Assembly (NCBI GenBank): GCA_965219995.1
Contig: CBDCOX010000002.1
Location: forward strand, 320,001 to 384,000
Direction: 5' to 3'
Length of the DNA stretch: 64,000 nucleotides
Origin: Candidatus Latescibacterota bacterium
GTDB taxonomy: Bacteria > Latescibacterota > UBA2968 > GCA-2709665
Shown in pieces: positions 53,086 through 61,954 of this stretch. Each line of letters begins with the position of its first letter. Positions within the stretch are counted from its first letter, which is position 1. Position numbers and translations under genes: made by a program. Below the pieces are notes generated by a model. The model did no database searches, was not told the DNA's origin, and saw only the letters and a program-made list of their open reading frames with translations.

Positions 53086-53673
53086 ATGGGCGGAAGGATC
53101 GGCATTCTCGGCGGCACGTTTGATCCCGTTCATCTCGGCCATCTGATCATCGCCCAGGAAGCGCTGGCGCAATGTTGTCTGGACCGCGTCCTGTTCGTTC
53201 CCTCAGCGGACCCTCCCCACAAAAACGCCGCCGACGTGGCGCCGGCGGAAGCGCGCTCCAGAATGGTTGCGCTTGCTGTCGACGGTCAGCCCCGGTTTGA
53301 GCTGTGCCGGATCGAATTGGATCGTACCGGCAAGTCCTATACCGTTGAGACCCTGAGGCAGCTGCGTGGAAAACTCGGCTCCGCGACTGAATTCTATCTG
53401 ATCATCGGTGCGGATAACGCGCCGGAGATGTCGACATGGTGCGATCCCCAAGGAGTTCTGGACCTCGCCCACGTAACGGTGATGGGTCGCCCCGGGTTTC
53501 TTCCCGATGAAGTCGACAGACGAATAGCCGCTCGAATGCGTTTCCTGGAAACGCCGCTTATCGAGATCTCTTCGACACAGATCCGTTCCCGTATTCGTAC
53601 GGGCAAACCCATTCGATACTGGGTGCCGGACAAAGTCGTGCGGTATATCGAAGCGCACCGCCTCTACGGGTAG
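53086..53673 (+). CDS. nadD: nicotinate-nucleotide adenylyltransferase
   Basis: GGTFDPVHLGHL, PPHK, SYTVETL, IIGAD, ISSTQIR. Confidence 0.95.
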   Translation: MGGRIGILGGTFDPVHLGHLIIAQEALAQCCLDRVLFVPSADPPHKNAADVAPAEARSRMVALAVDGQPRFELCRIELDRTGKSYTVETLRQLRGKLGSATEFYLIIGADNAPEMSTWCDPQGVLDLAHVTVMGRPGFLPDEVDRRIAARMRFLETPLIEISSTQIRSRIRTGKPIRYWVPDKVVRYIEAHRLYG

Positions 53674-53688
53674 AAGAACGAGAACACA

Positions 53689-53955
53689 ATGGCTGAATCC
53701 TCGGACGGCCATACTCAAAGCAGCGCCCAACTGGGCGGAAGCCCAGAGGGTCGCATCCAGCGGTATTTCTGTGTCGACGATGAAAAATACCACGCATTCG
53801 CCAGAGTTTCCAAAGACGCGACAGTATTGCGTCGGATTCCCAAGCGGATTCGGGTGATGGGCAAGGACGTGGACGGTTGGGTTGTGGAGGTGATGGTGCC
53901 CGCGACAGATGGCGTGGTTCGAGTGGATCCGCTTGAAGCACCGGACAAGATTTGA
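53689..53955 (+). CDS. hypothetical protein
   Basis: 88-aa ORF 15 nt after nadD on the same strand; no recognised motif. Confidence 0.45.
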   Translation: MAESSDGHTQSSAQLGGSPEGRIQRYFCVDDEKYHAFARVSKDATVLRRIPKRIRVMGKDVDGWVVEVMVPATDGVVRVDPLEAPDKI

Positions 53956-54135
53956 GTTCCACGTCCATGGCGTTTGAACGCCAGCCCGGTCTTCCCATAC
54001 CGTAGCGCCACCCAGGGCGGCAATATCGGGGGGCAGGAAACTGCGGGAATATCGGTAGATCGACGGGCGTAGTCGGCGAATGCCGCGGACCATTGACCAG
54101 AGCTCCGAAACTCCGCGAGAAACTCAGGGGGCTGC

Positions 54136-54468
54136 ATGTTACTTTCGGACGGGGCCAACCGGAATGAGACGACCAGCGTGACGATCTTCGGGCGCAAGTA
54201 TCCCGTCCAAAGCCCAGAGTCGTCCGACTATACCCATCGGGTTGCCGATCTGGTCGATCGTCGGATGACGGAGATCGCCTCGCAGCAGAAGCTGGCCGAA
54301 CCCACAAAGATAGCCATCATCGCGGCACTGGATATCGCCGACAGGTTGTTGAAGGTTCGGACGGGACGCGAAGCGGCAGGCAGGCAGGCCGAACAGGCTG
54401 CCATGCGTCTGACCACGCTGCTGGACGACGAACACCGGGGCACTCGCGAGGAGTCGGATACGGCCTGA
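54136..54468 (+). CDS. zapA: cell division protein ZapA
   Basis: VTIFGRKY..., VA.LVD.RM.EI, IAIIAALDIAD. Confidence 0.85.
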   Translation: MLLSDGANRNETTSVTIFGRKYPVQSPESSDYTHRVADLVDRRMTEIASQQKLAEPTKIAIIAALDIADRLLKVRTGREAAGRQAEQAAMRLTTLLDDEHRGTREESDTA

Positions 54469-54501
54469 TTGCGAAGGTCGACGGGTGTGGGCAAGGTCGA
54501 A

Positions 54502-55224
54502 TCAGTGCGGGGCAGCCGGTGAGGATTCTGGCGCCTCCAGGAATCTGTATCTGAAGATCGTGTAGAGGATTTTCCAGCCCGCACGGATCGTCCCGCCTAT
54601 GGTTCCGGTAATCTTGGAAACGCCGATACGACGTCGGTAACTTACCGGAACGTCCAGGTGCCGGAAGCCCATCCGAGCCGCCTTCACCTGCATCTCCACC
54701 GTCCAGCCGAAAGTCCTGTCCTGCATATCGAGCGCGACAAGCGCCGGGTACGTGATGGCGCGAAATGGCCCGAGGTCGGTAAAGTGGGCGCCAAACAGGC
54801 GACGGATGAGCCACGTGGCCAGCCAGTTGCCGAAGCGGGCCTGTGGAAGCAGCGCGCCGGCCTCCCGGACGCCCAGCGTGCGCGACCCGATCACGAGGTC
54901 CGCCCGATTCTCAGCGATGGGCGCCACCAGAAGCGACATTTCATCGGGATGGTCACTGTAGTCGCCGTCCAGGAAGACCACAATATCGGGTTTCTCCAGG
55001 GCGGCGATGCCCGCCAGGCAAGCCCATCCGTATCCCCTTCGATGTTCGTGTACGATTCGGGCCCCCATCTGCCTGGCCAGGTCGACCGTACGGTCGGTGG
55101 AGCCGTTGTCCACCACCACCACGTCGGCATCGAGATGACTCGGAATATCGGACAGCACGTTCTGAATAGCGTCCTGCTCATTGAAAACCGGGATGACAAC
55201 GGAGATTTCGGGACGGGCGCGCAT
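54502..55224 (-). CDS. glycosyltransferase family 2 (DPM-like)
   Basis: VVIPVFNE, VDNGSTD, FLDGDYSD, TDLGPFRAI, YRRRIG.SKI. Confidence 0.9.
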   Translation of the reverse strand: MRARPEISVVIPVFNEQDAIQNVLSDIPSHLDADVVVVDNGSTDRTVDLARQMGARIVHEHRRGYGWACLAGIAALEKPDIVVFLDGDYSDHPDEMSLLVAPIAENRADLVIGSRTLGVREAGALLPQARFGNWLATWLIRRLFGAHFTDLGPFRAITYPALVALDMQDRTFGWTVEMQVKAARMGFRHLDVPVSYRRRIGVSKITGTIGGTIRAGWKILYTIFRYRFLEAPESSPAAPH

Positions 55225-55260
55225 GGAAGGAGAGTCTGTTCGTTTCGGGATGAAACACGT

Positions 55261-55461
55261 TTACTTCCGATCCGGCGGCTTTCGTATCATCCGGTTCGTT
55301 CTGGCGTTGCCTCGCCCCTTCAGGCGGGCGACCAGAATGAAGATGCAGAAGACAATGCCCAGGATAACGGTGCCGGCGACCTTGTCCGGATGGTCCGCAA
55401 GCCACATCAGCGCCAGCGTGATCAGCAGGCAGATGCCTGCGATGGTCGTTTCTCTGGTCAT
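55261..55461 (-). CDS. small two-TM membrane protein
   Basis: Two hydrophobic segments and basic tail; SD GAGG; promoter TTGACA-N17-TAGATT at 55504-55532. Confidence 0.55.
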   Translation of the reverse strand: MTRETTIAGICLLITLALMWLADHPDKVAGTVILGIVFCIFILVARLKGRGNARTNRMIRKPPDRK

Positions 55462-55528
55462 CGGATCCACCTCTTTTTCGGGTCGTGGGAGTCTTTCACC
55501 GGAAATCTAACGGACGACACGAGCATTG

Positions 55529-56734
55529 TCAATGGATTCGGCCGGGAGATGCGCCATCCGTAAGGGTTTCCGGGACGAGAAACGCAAAGGTGCCCGCGGC
55601 CATCAGGCCGAAACCAGCGATTGCAAACGTGGCGGGGGAGAGTCCCAGCAGATCGGCGATTCCGCCCACGACGAGGGGCGCGCCCATATGGCCCGTATCG
55701 CCGACCAGGCGCCAGGCCCCCAGAAATTCTCCGAACGATTCCCTCGGCGCAAGGTCCGCGCCGAGGGTCATCATGGAACCGGAGCCGATGCCGTTGCCCA
55801 GGCCCAGAAGCGTCGTGGCCAGAAGCAGCCCCGTAAAGTTCTGGGTGAGGGGTATGGCCGCCATGGCGACGGCCTGGATCAGGAAGCAGGGTACCATCGC
55901 GAACTTTCTTCCGAAACGGTCCATGACAAGGCCGGCCGGGTAGAAGAGCGACATGTCCGCCAGCGCGGAAACGGTGATGATCAATCCGATGGCCTGGACG
56001 TCCAGGCCGATCACGTCGGCGGCGTAAAGCGGTACGACGACGTGGCGTCCTGCCCGGATGGTCTGTGCGAAGAGCTGCCCCGAACCGGCGACCGCCAATT
56101 CTCGAAAATGCGTTTTGAAGATCGCCAGAACGGGTTTCACCCGGCCGCCGCGGGCCTGCCGGGCCGCGGGCGTCGGTTCGGTTTCAAACCACCATGCGGC
56201 GATGATAACGACAAGAGCCGCCAGAACCCCGAATACGAGAAACGGGGCTTCCAGACCGTAAGATAAGGCGAGTGCGCCGCCCGGCAGGGGACCCGCGAAG
56301 GTTCCGATGCGTTGAATCCCGCCGAAGATCGAGAGCGCCCGTCCGCGGTGAAATACAGGGACGGCGTCCGCCAGATAGGCGTGACAGGAGATATGCCAGA
56401 GGGAACCGCCGACGCCGGCGGCAAGACGGTAGCACACGACTTCGTTGATGTCCTGCGCCCAGAACAGCGCGAGCGTGGACAAGGCGACGCAGCTTACGCC
56501 AAGAACCATCACGGGCTTCCGACCGAAGTTCCCGAGCAGAAACCCTGCAGGCAGCGCGGCGACCAGCCTGCCCACGCCTTCGGCGGCCAGGACGCCGCCG
56601 ATGAGGCCGTACGACGCACCGAAGGTCTTTGCATAGAGCGGAAGGATGGGAATGAGCATTCCGTTGCCGAACATCAACAGCAGCGACGGAACGTAGACGG
56701 GCAAAACGAGGGGATTGCGGATGGGTTTCGTCAT
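55529..56734 (-). CDS. MFS transporter
   Basis: About 12 TM segments; G....FGRK and MDRFGRK motif A; promoter TTGACA-N17-TAACAT at 56772-56800. Confidence 0.9.
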   Translation of the reverse strand: MTKPIRNPLVLPVYVPSLLLMFGNGMLIPILPLYAKTFGASYGLIGGVLAAEGVGRLVAALPAGFLLGNFGRKPVMVLGVSCVALSTLALFWAQDINEVVCYRLAAGVGGSLWHISCHAYLADAVPVFHRGRALSIFGGIQRIGTFAGPLPGGALALSYGLEAPFLVFGVLAALVVIIAAWWFETEPTPAARQARGGRVKPVLAIFKTHFRELAVAGSGQLFAQTIRAGRHVVVPLYAADVIGLDVQAIGLIITVSALADMSLFYPAGLVMDRFGRKFAMVPCFLIQAVAMAAIPLTQNFTGLLLATTLLGLGNGIGSGSMMTLGADLAPRESFGEFLGAWRLVGDTGHMGAPLVVGGIADLLGLSPATFAIAGFGLMAAGTFAFLVPETLTDGASPGRIH

Positions 56735-56871
56735 TGGGTTCCAGAGGGTGCGGGGGATCCGGAAGACGGGTATGTTAAACAGCGGACGGGGTTTTGTCAA
56801 GGAGCGCCTGGGTTTGAACGGGCGCAGTCGTACGACACGCCGTGTACAATTTCGGGAAGGCAGGTTCAACC

Positions 56872-57834
56872 ATGAAGATTGTCCTGTGTCCGCCGGTGAA
56901 CGAAGCGTTGTGTGAGCAAGTGCGCCAGGCCGCGCCCGGGGCGGAAGTCGTGATGGCGGCGATGGATGAAGCCCCCGCGGTCGTGGGAGACGCCGACGTG
57001 ATATTCGGCATGTATACGGAGGAGATCATCCGCGCGGCCCGGCAGGTCAGTTGGATCCAGACCACCAGCGCGGGCATGGACATGTTAATGGACATACCCG
57101 GCGTCCGGGAGGCCGATTTCAGGTTGAGCAACGCCAGCGGGTTGCACGCCCTTCAGGTGGCGGAACACGCCTGGGCGCTGACGTCGGCCCTGTTCCGGGG
57201 CCTGCACGTAACCGTGCGAAATCAGCTTGCGCACGAATGGAAGGGCGCGCCGATCCGGGATCTGTACGGGGCCACGGCCGGGATCGTGGGATTCGGCGGA
57301 ATCGGGCGGCGGTACGCCCGGCTGGCCACGGGATTCGATATGCGAATTCTCGCAGTTGACGTGCAGCAGTCGGAAGTGCCCGATTACGTGGAGGCGCTGT
57401 GGGGAACGGATCGGCTGGAAGCATTGCTGGCGGAATCCGACGTCGTGTTTATCGCTTGTCCCTGTACGCCGCAGACCGAGAGGCTGATCGATGCGCGTGC
57501 GTTTCGCATGATGAAGAATTCGGCCTTCCTGGTCAATACGGCACGAGGCCCGATCGTCGACGAGGCGGCGCTGATCGATGCGCTGATGTCCGGTGAGATC
57601 GCCGGCGCGGGCCTGGACGTCTTCGAGACCGAGCCGCTGCCGGAGACCAGCCCGCTCTGGGAAATGGAAAACGTGATCATCACCACCCACTCGGCGGGTG
57701 TATCGAGCTACCGCCCGCAACGCACGGTCGACTTCTTCTGCGAGAATCTGAGACGGTTTCTGGCGGGGAAGCCGCTGTTGAACGAGACGGGCCGGGAACT
57801 GGGATATCCCACGCTGGAAAGCCGCGTCGATTGA
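56872..57834 (+). CDS. D-2-hydroxyacid dehydrogenase (NAD-binding)
   Basis: GFGGIG, NTARG, LDVFETEPLP, TTHSAG (Arg-Glu-His triad). Confidence 0.9.
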   Translation: MKIVLCPPVNEALCEQVRQAAPGAEVVMAAMDEAPAVVGDADVIFGMYTEEIIRAARQVSWIQTTSAGMDMLMDIPGVREADFRLSNASGLHALQVAEHAWALTSALFRGLHVTVRNQLAHEWKGAPIRDLYGATAGIVGFGGIGRRYARLATGFDMRILAVDVQQSEVPDYVEALWGTDRLEALLAESDVVFIACPCTPQTERLIDARAFRMMKNSAFLVNTARGPIVDEAALIDALMSGEIAGAGLDVFETEPLPETSPLWEMENVIITTHSAGVSSYRPQRTVDFFCENLRRFLAGKPLLNETGRELGYPTLESRVD

Positions 57835-57865
57835 CCTGTACCACCCGATTCCGGAGAGATGGAAG

Positions 57866-59197
57866 ATGGCGGAAATAAGGGCCTTTCGCGGAATCCGATA
57901 CGCGACCGACAGGATAGGCGACGTTGGGGACGTGGTCTCGCCGCCCTACGATGTTATCGACACCTCGATGCAACGGGCGCTGTACAACGCTCATCCCAAC
58001 AACATCGTACGCATTATTCAGGGCGAGGTCTACACAGGAGACTCGGTCGACGAAAACCGGTACACCCGTGCCGCGGAGACTTATCGAAGCTGGCTTGAAC
58101 AGGGTGTCCTGGTCCGGGACCGGGAGGAAGGGATTTATCTGTACGCACAGGATTTCCACGTCAGTACTCCCGATGGGACAACAAAGAAGACAAGGCTGGG
58201 GATCGTCGCGCTGGTGCGTGCGGATGCATTGGGAGAAGGCGCAATCCTGCCGCACGAGAATACGATGCCGGGTCCGAAGGCGGACCGGCTGGCGCTGATG
58301 CGGCACACCCGGGCTGCATTCGGCCAGATCTTTTCGTTATACTCCGACCCCGACGGCCGGGTGGGGGATATCGTGGCGCCGGTCCTGGAAAACGCACCGC
58401 TTTTCGCGTTCACGGGGGATGATGGCGTAGGACACCGCTTCTGGCGGGTAACCGATCGGGCGACCGTAGACGGCGTCGCCCGATCGCTGAAAGACAGGCC
58501 GTTCTTCATCGCCGACGGCCATCACCGATACGAAACCGCGGTGGTCTACCGCGATGAACGCGCAGCGGCCGAAGGCGGGCAGTGGCAGGGCAGGCCCTAC
58601 GGGTACCGGATGCAGACTCTCGTGAACATGGACGATACGGAGGGGATGGCCATCAATGCGATTCACCGGGTGGTCGTGGATCTGGGACCCGGCGGAGTCG
58701 CCGGCCTCGTCAGCCGTATGGCGAAACTCTGTGACGTCGAACGGGCACCCCTCCCGGATACCCGGTCGGTACTGGGGGAGCTGAGACGGCGCGGCGCCGG
58801 CGGAACCGTGTTCGGATTTTGCCATGGAAACTGCGGCGAAGTCCACTATCTGAGATTGAAGCGCGGCGTTCGGCCGTCCGATCTGGATGACGGGGGACAT
58901 TCGGAAGCCTGGCGGGGCCTGGATACGGGTTTGCTGCAACTGGTTCTGGGCAGGGTACTGGATCTGGACCCTGAGACATTGACCAGAGGTGAAAAGGTGA
59001 AATTCGTCAAGGTCGAAAGCGAAGTGCTGGACCTGGTGAGGGCGGCGCCCGATCGGGCGGGTTTCTTTCTGAATCCCACGGGCATGGAGCAACTGCGCGA
59101 CGTTGTGCTGGCCGGCGAGCGTATGCCTCCCAAGTCCACGTTTTTTTATCCAAAAGTGTATTCGGGACTGGTGATACAGGACCTGCAGTCGTTCTGA
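57866..59197 (+). CDS. DUF1015 family protein
   Basis: IRAFRGIRY, SPPYDVI, ILPHENT, FIADGHHRYETA, MPPKSTFFYPK. Confidence 0.9.
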   Translation: MAEIRAFRGIRYATDRIGDVGDVVSPPYDVIDTSMQRALYNAHPNNIVRIIQGEVYTGDSVDENRYTRAAETYRSWLEQGVLVRDREEGIYLYAQDFHVSTPDGTTKKTRLGIVALVRADALGEGAILPHENTMPGPKADRLALMRHTRAAFGQIFSLYSDPDGRVGDIVAPVLENAPLFAFTGDDGVGHRFWRVTDRATVDGVARSLKDRPFFIADGHHRYETAVVYRDERAAAEGGQWQGRPYGYRMQTLVNMDDTEGMAINAIHRVVVDLGPGGVAGLVSRMAKLCDVERAPLPDTRSVLGELRRRGAGGTVFGFCHGNCGEVHYLRLKRGVRPSDLDDGGHSEAWRGLDTGLLQLVLGRVLDLDPETLTRGEKVKFVKVESEVLDLVRAAPDRAGFFLNPTGMEQLRDVVLAGERMPPKSTFFYPKVYSGLVIQDLQSF

Positions 59198-59233
59198 CAG
59201 CGACCGCGAATCCAGGAAAAATCACACGGGAAC

Positions 59234-59259
59234 AAGGGGCGCCATGCGCCCTTTTTTTT
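59234..59259 (+). terminator. intrinsic terminator
   Basis: GGGCGC-CAT-GCGCCC followed by T8. Confidence 0.7.
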
Positions 59260-59288
59260 GAATCGGTCCGAAGGCTGGACTCAACTCT

Positions 59289-59540
59289 TAAGGTGAACTA
59301 TTCACGACCACCCAAGATTTTGATGTATAACGGGTTGTTTTTCAATAAATTCAGTGGAGTATTATGCGACGGCATTTCAAGAATTTCGAAACTGATTGGT
59401 CAGGGTGATGTTTCGTAGCCCACGGAGGCAAGGATCCATCAGTTTGGCCCGGAGTCGTGAGCATTTGTCCTGCTTCTGGTCTTTATCCTGTTCATCCTGT
59501 CCATCCCTGTTAGTTAAGGTTTCGTGAATTATTCAGGTTA
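59289..59540. mobile_element. putative degenerate MITE (family B) carrying a 9-mer triplet repeat
   Basis: Imperfect TIRs TAAGGTGAACTATTCACGAC / TTCGTGAATTATTCAGGTTA (15 of 20); TA ends; AT-rich, no ORF; contains ATCCTGTTC-ATCCTGTCC-ATCCCTGTT at 59485. Confidence 0.5.
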
Positions 59541-59569
59541 CGTGTGTTTCGCAGGAAACCGGAGCGAAA

Positions 59570-60754
59570 CTACAGGACCGGCAATTCCCCGGGGGCGGGT
59601 TCAGACAGGATTTCGCATCCGGTATCGGTCACGACGACATCTTCTTCGAGCATGAAATACGCGCCGTCCGTATAGAGAGAAGGTTCGACGGTGAGCACCA
59701 TGCCTTCCTCGAGAGCTGTGTTGTCTTCGAATTCGATGAACGGGGGTTCGATGATGTCCAGACCGATGGCGTGTCCGATCCCGGTGACCTGCCGCGCCTG
59801 CTTTGCGTAACCCGCCCTCGCCAGCGTTTCGTTCGAAACGCGAACCAGGTCGGATATCGGAATGCCGGGGCGGACCGCGGCATTTGCCGCTTGCAGGCAC
59901 TCATACACGGCGCGGTACGCGTCCTTGTGTTTCTGTTCGGCCCGCCCCACGGCGAACATGCGCGTGTAGTCCGACCAGTAACCCCGGTACACGCCGCCGG
60001 CATCGTGGGCGATGAGCTCGCCTTCGGTCACGACGCGGTCGGTGTGCCGGCGCAGGCTGCGGTTGCTGCTGCGCGCGTTGCCGGGGACGTACGTGGCCAG
60101 AGTGATCGAACCCGGGGCGTCCATCCCCCGTTTCATGTGCTCTACACAGAGCAGGCTATACAGATCCCTTTCCGTCATGCCGGGCCTGACGGTGTCAAAC
60201 AGGGTTCGGTAGGCCTGGCCGGTGATCCGCACGGCCTCGCGAATGTATGCGATCTCGGCGGGGGACTTGGCGAAACGGGTTTTCCAGAGCGTTTGCGAAG
60301 CATCCGTGAATTGTACGCCGGGAAGTTCGTCCTTCAGCCGGCCGAAGTCGTCGTAAGGCATTCGCGACCAGAGGACGCCGCCCAGTTCGGCGCCGATGCG
60401 GGAGCTGTGGAGGCCGAGTTCGCGGATGACTTCGGTCAGGAGCGAGACCCCCGCCCGGATGCGGATGGGCGGCTGATACGTGCGCAGGTCCTGGATCCAG
60501 GCGTCTTCCTCGCACATTCCGGTTTCCAGCGGCGGGACAATGAGCACCGGGTCGCGTTCGAGCGGAAGCAGGGCAAAGAGAGAGGTGAACTTGTGCCCCC
60601 AGCGATGGGTCCAGTGTCCGCTGAAGTAGCGATGGTTCGTGTCCGTGGTAATCAGGACGGCGTCCAGGCGACTGCGCGACATGAGATCCCGCAGCCTGGC
60701 CAGGCGTCGTTCGTATTCATGGGCGTCGAAATCGGCGTAGTCGCTGGTCAGCAT
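59570..60754 (-). CDS. Xaa-Pro aminopeptidase / M24 family (creatinase N-domain)
   Basis: KSPAEI, D.GG.Y.GYWSDYTR, GHAIG, TVEP, LEEDVVVT. Confidence 0.88.
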   Translation of the reverse strand: MLTSDYADFDAHEYERRLARLRDLMSRSRLDAVLITTDTNHRYFSGHWTHRWGHKFTSLFALLPLERDPVLIVPPLETGMCEEDAWIQDLRTYQPPIRIRAGVSLLTEVIRELGLHSSRIGAELGGVLWSRMPYDDFGRLKDELPGVQFTDASQTLWKTRFAKSPAEIAYIREAVRITGQAYRTLFDTVRPGMTERDLYSLLCVEHMKRGMDAPGSITLATYVPGNARSSNRSLRRHTDRVVTEGELIAHDAGGVYRGYWSDYTRMFAVGRAEQKHKDAYRAVYECLQAANAAVRPGIPISDLVRVSNETLARAGYAKQARQVTGIGHAIGLDIIEPPFIEFEDNTALEEGMVLTVEPSLYTDGAYFMLEEDVVVTDTGCEILSEPAPGELPVL

Positions 60755-60898
60755 GAAGGGGGTCCTTAAAGATGGGTTTTGAATTGAGTCCCTTTGTCTC
60801 AGGGTTACGGATGGCGTGCGTACGGACGATCGCAGGGATGTGAGTGGCTACGGGCCCTGAATTTCCCTTGAAGTTACCTGGCGCACCGAGGCGACACG

Positions 60899-61747
60899 AT
60901 GCCGTTGCAGGCCTTCATTCTGGTGATGATCTCCACCGTCCTTCACGCCGCCTGGAATTTTGCGGTCAGGAAGGCGTCCGGAAACCTGGGTGTCTTGTGG
61001 CTGGGTATGTGGTTTGCGTCCGTCCTGTGCCTTCCGGCGGTCTTTCTTTTGCCCCCTGGGTCTGGCGCGCTCGAGGCCGGATGGCCCTTCATTGCGGCGA
61101 CCGGTCTGACGCATTCCCTGTATTTCCTCATGTTGGCCAAAGCCTACGAAGATGGAGAGATTTCGGTCGTATACCCGATTGCCCGCGGCACGGGTGTGGG
61201 AGGTACGGCCCTGGGCGCGTGGTTGCTGATCGACGAGAAGCTCACGGTCCCGGGTGCTGTGGGCATCGTAACCGTCCTGCTCGGCATCATCCTGCTGGGA
61301 CTCGGTGGAGTGGGTACGCGAAAGCGCCGCCGTTCCATACCGTATGCGCTCATCGTAGGCGCATCGATCGCCGTCTATTCCGTCGTGGACAAGCTGGGCG
61401 TATCGCTTGTTCATCCCGTGCATTACGTCTTCTTCCTTTTCGCAATTCCTGGGGTGATCCTTTCTCCGTACGTACTCTTGCGGCACCGGCCCGCGGTTGT
61501 CCGGACCTGGCACGGAATGAAGAAATACGCGCTCCTGGCAGGGCCGGGTTCGATGGTGACCTACCTGCTCGTTCTGTATGCGATGCGCATCGGAAAAGTC
61601 AGCTATGTTCTGGCCGTCAGGGAATTTTCGGTAGTCATCGGCGCCCTGCTGGGAGTGCTTTTACTCGGCGAACGGTTCGGGTGGTATAAAGGTGTGGGCA
61701 TTGCCGCGGTGGTTTTGGGGCTGGTGCTTGTCAAGCTGGGGGGATAG
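60899..61747 (+). CDS. EamA/DMT family transporter
   Basis: LHAAWN, AYEDGEISVVYPIARG, YSVVDK.GV, AVREFSVV. Confidence 0.9.
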   Translation: MPLQAFILVMISTVLHAAWNFAVRKASGNLGVLWLGMWFASVLCLPAVFLLPPGSGALEAGWPFIAATGLTHSLYFLMLAKAYEDGEISVVYPIARGTGVGGTALGAWLLIDEKLTVPGAVGIVTVLLGIILLGLGGVGTRKRRRSIPYALIVGASIAVYSVVDKLGVSLVHPVHYVFFLFAIPGVILSPYVLLRHRPAVVRTWHGMKKYALLAGPGSMVTYLLVLYAMRIGKVSYVLAVREFSVVIGALLGVLLLGERFGWYKGVGIAAVVLGLVLVKLGG

Positions 61748-61760
61748 TCGAACGGCCGCA

Positions 61761-61782
61761 GCGAGACGGGATGAATCCGCGG
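61761..61782 (-). repeat. short remnant of MITE family A
   Basis: GCGAGACGGGATGAATCCGCGG matches the reverse complement of about 20601-20622 at 21 of 22 nt. Confidence 0.5.
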
Positions 61783-61954
61783 TTCAAGATAGCCGGGCGG
61801 AAGGGGAGCGTCAAGCCCTATAGCCCTCTGAGGGGATGCCGTGAGAAAGGGAGATTTCGCTTTACACGCCATTGGCCGATTCGTATCATACGTCGGCCGA
61901 TCATAGAGGTCCGGTACCGCAAGACCACCGAACGGAAACATCGTCGAATTCTCC

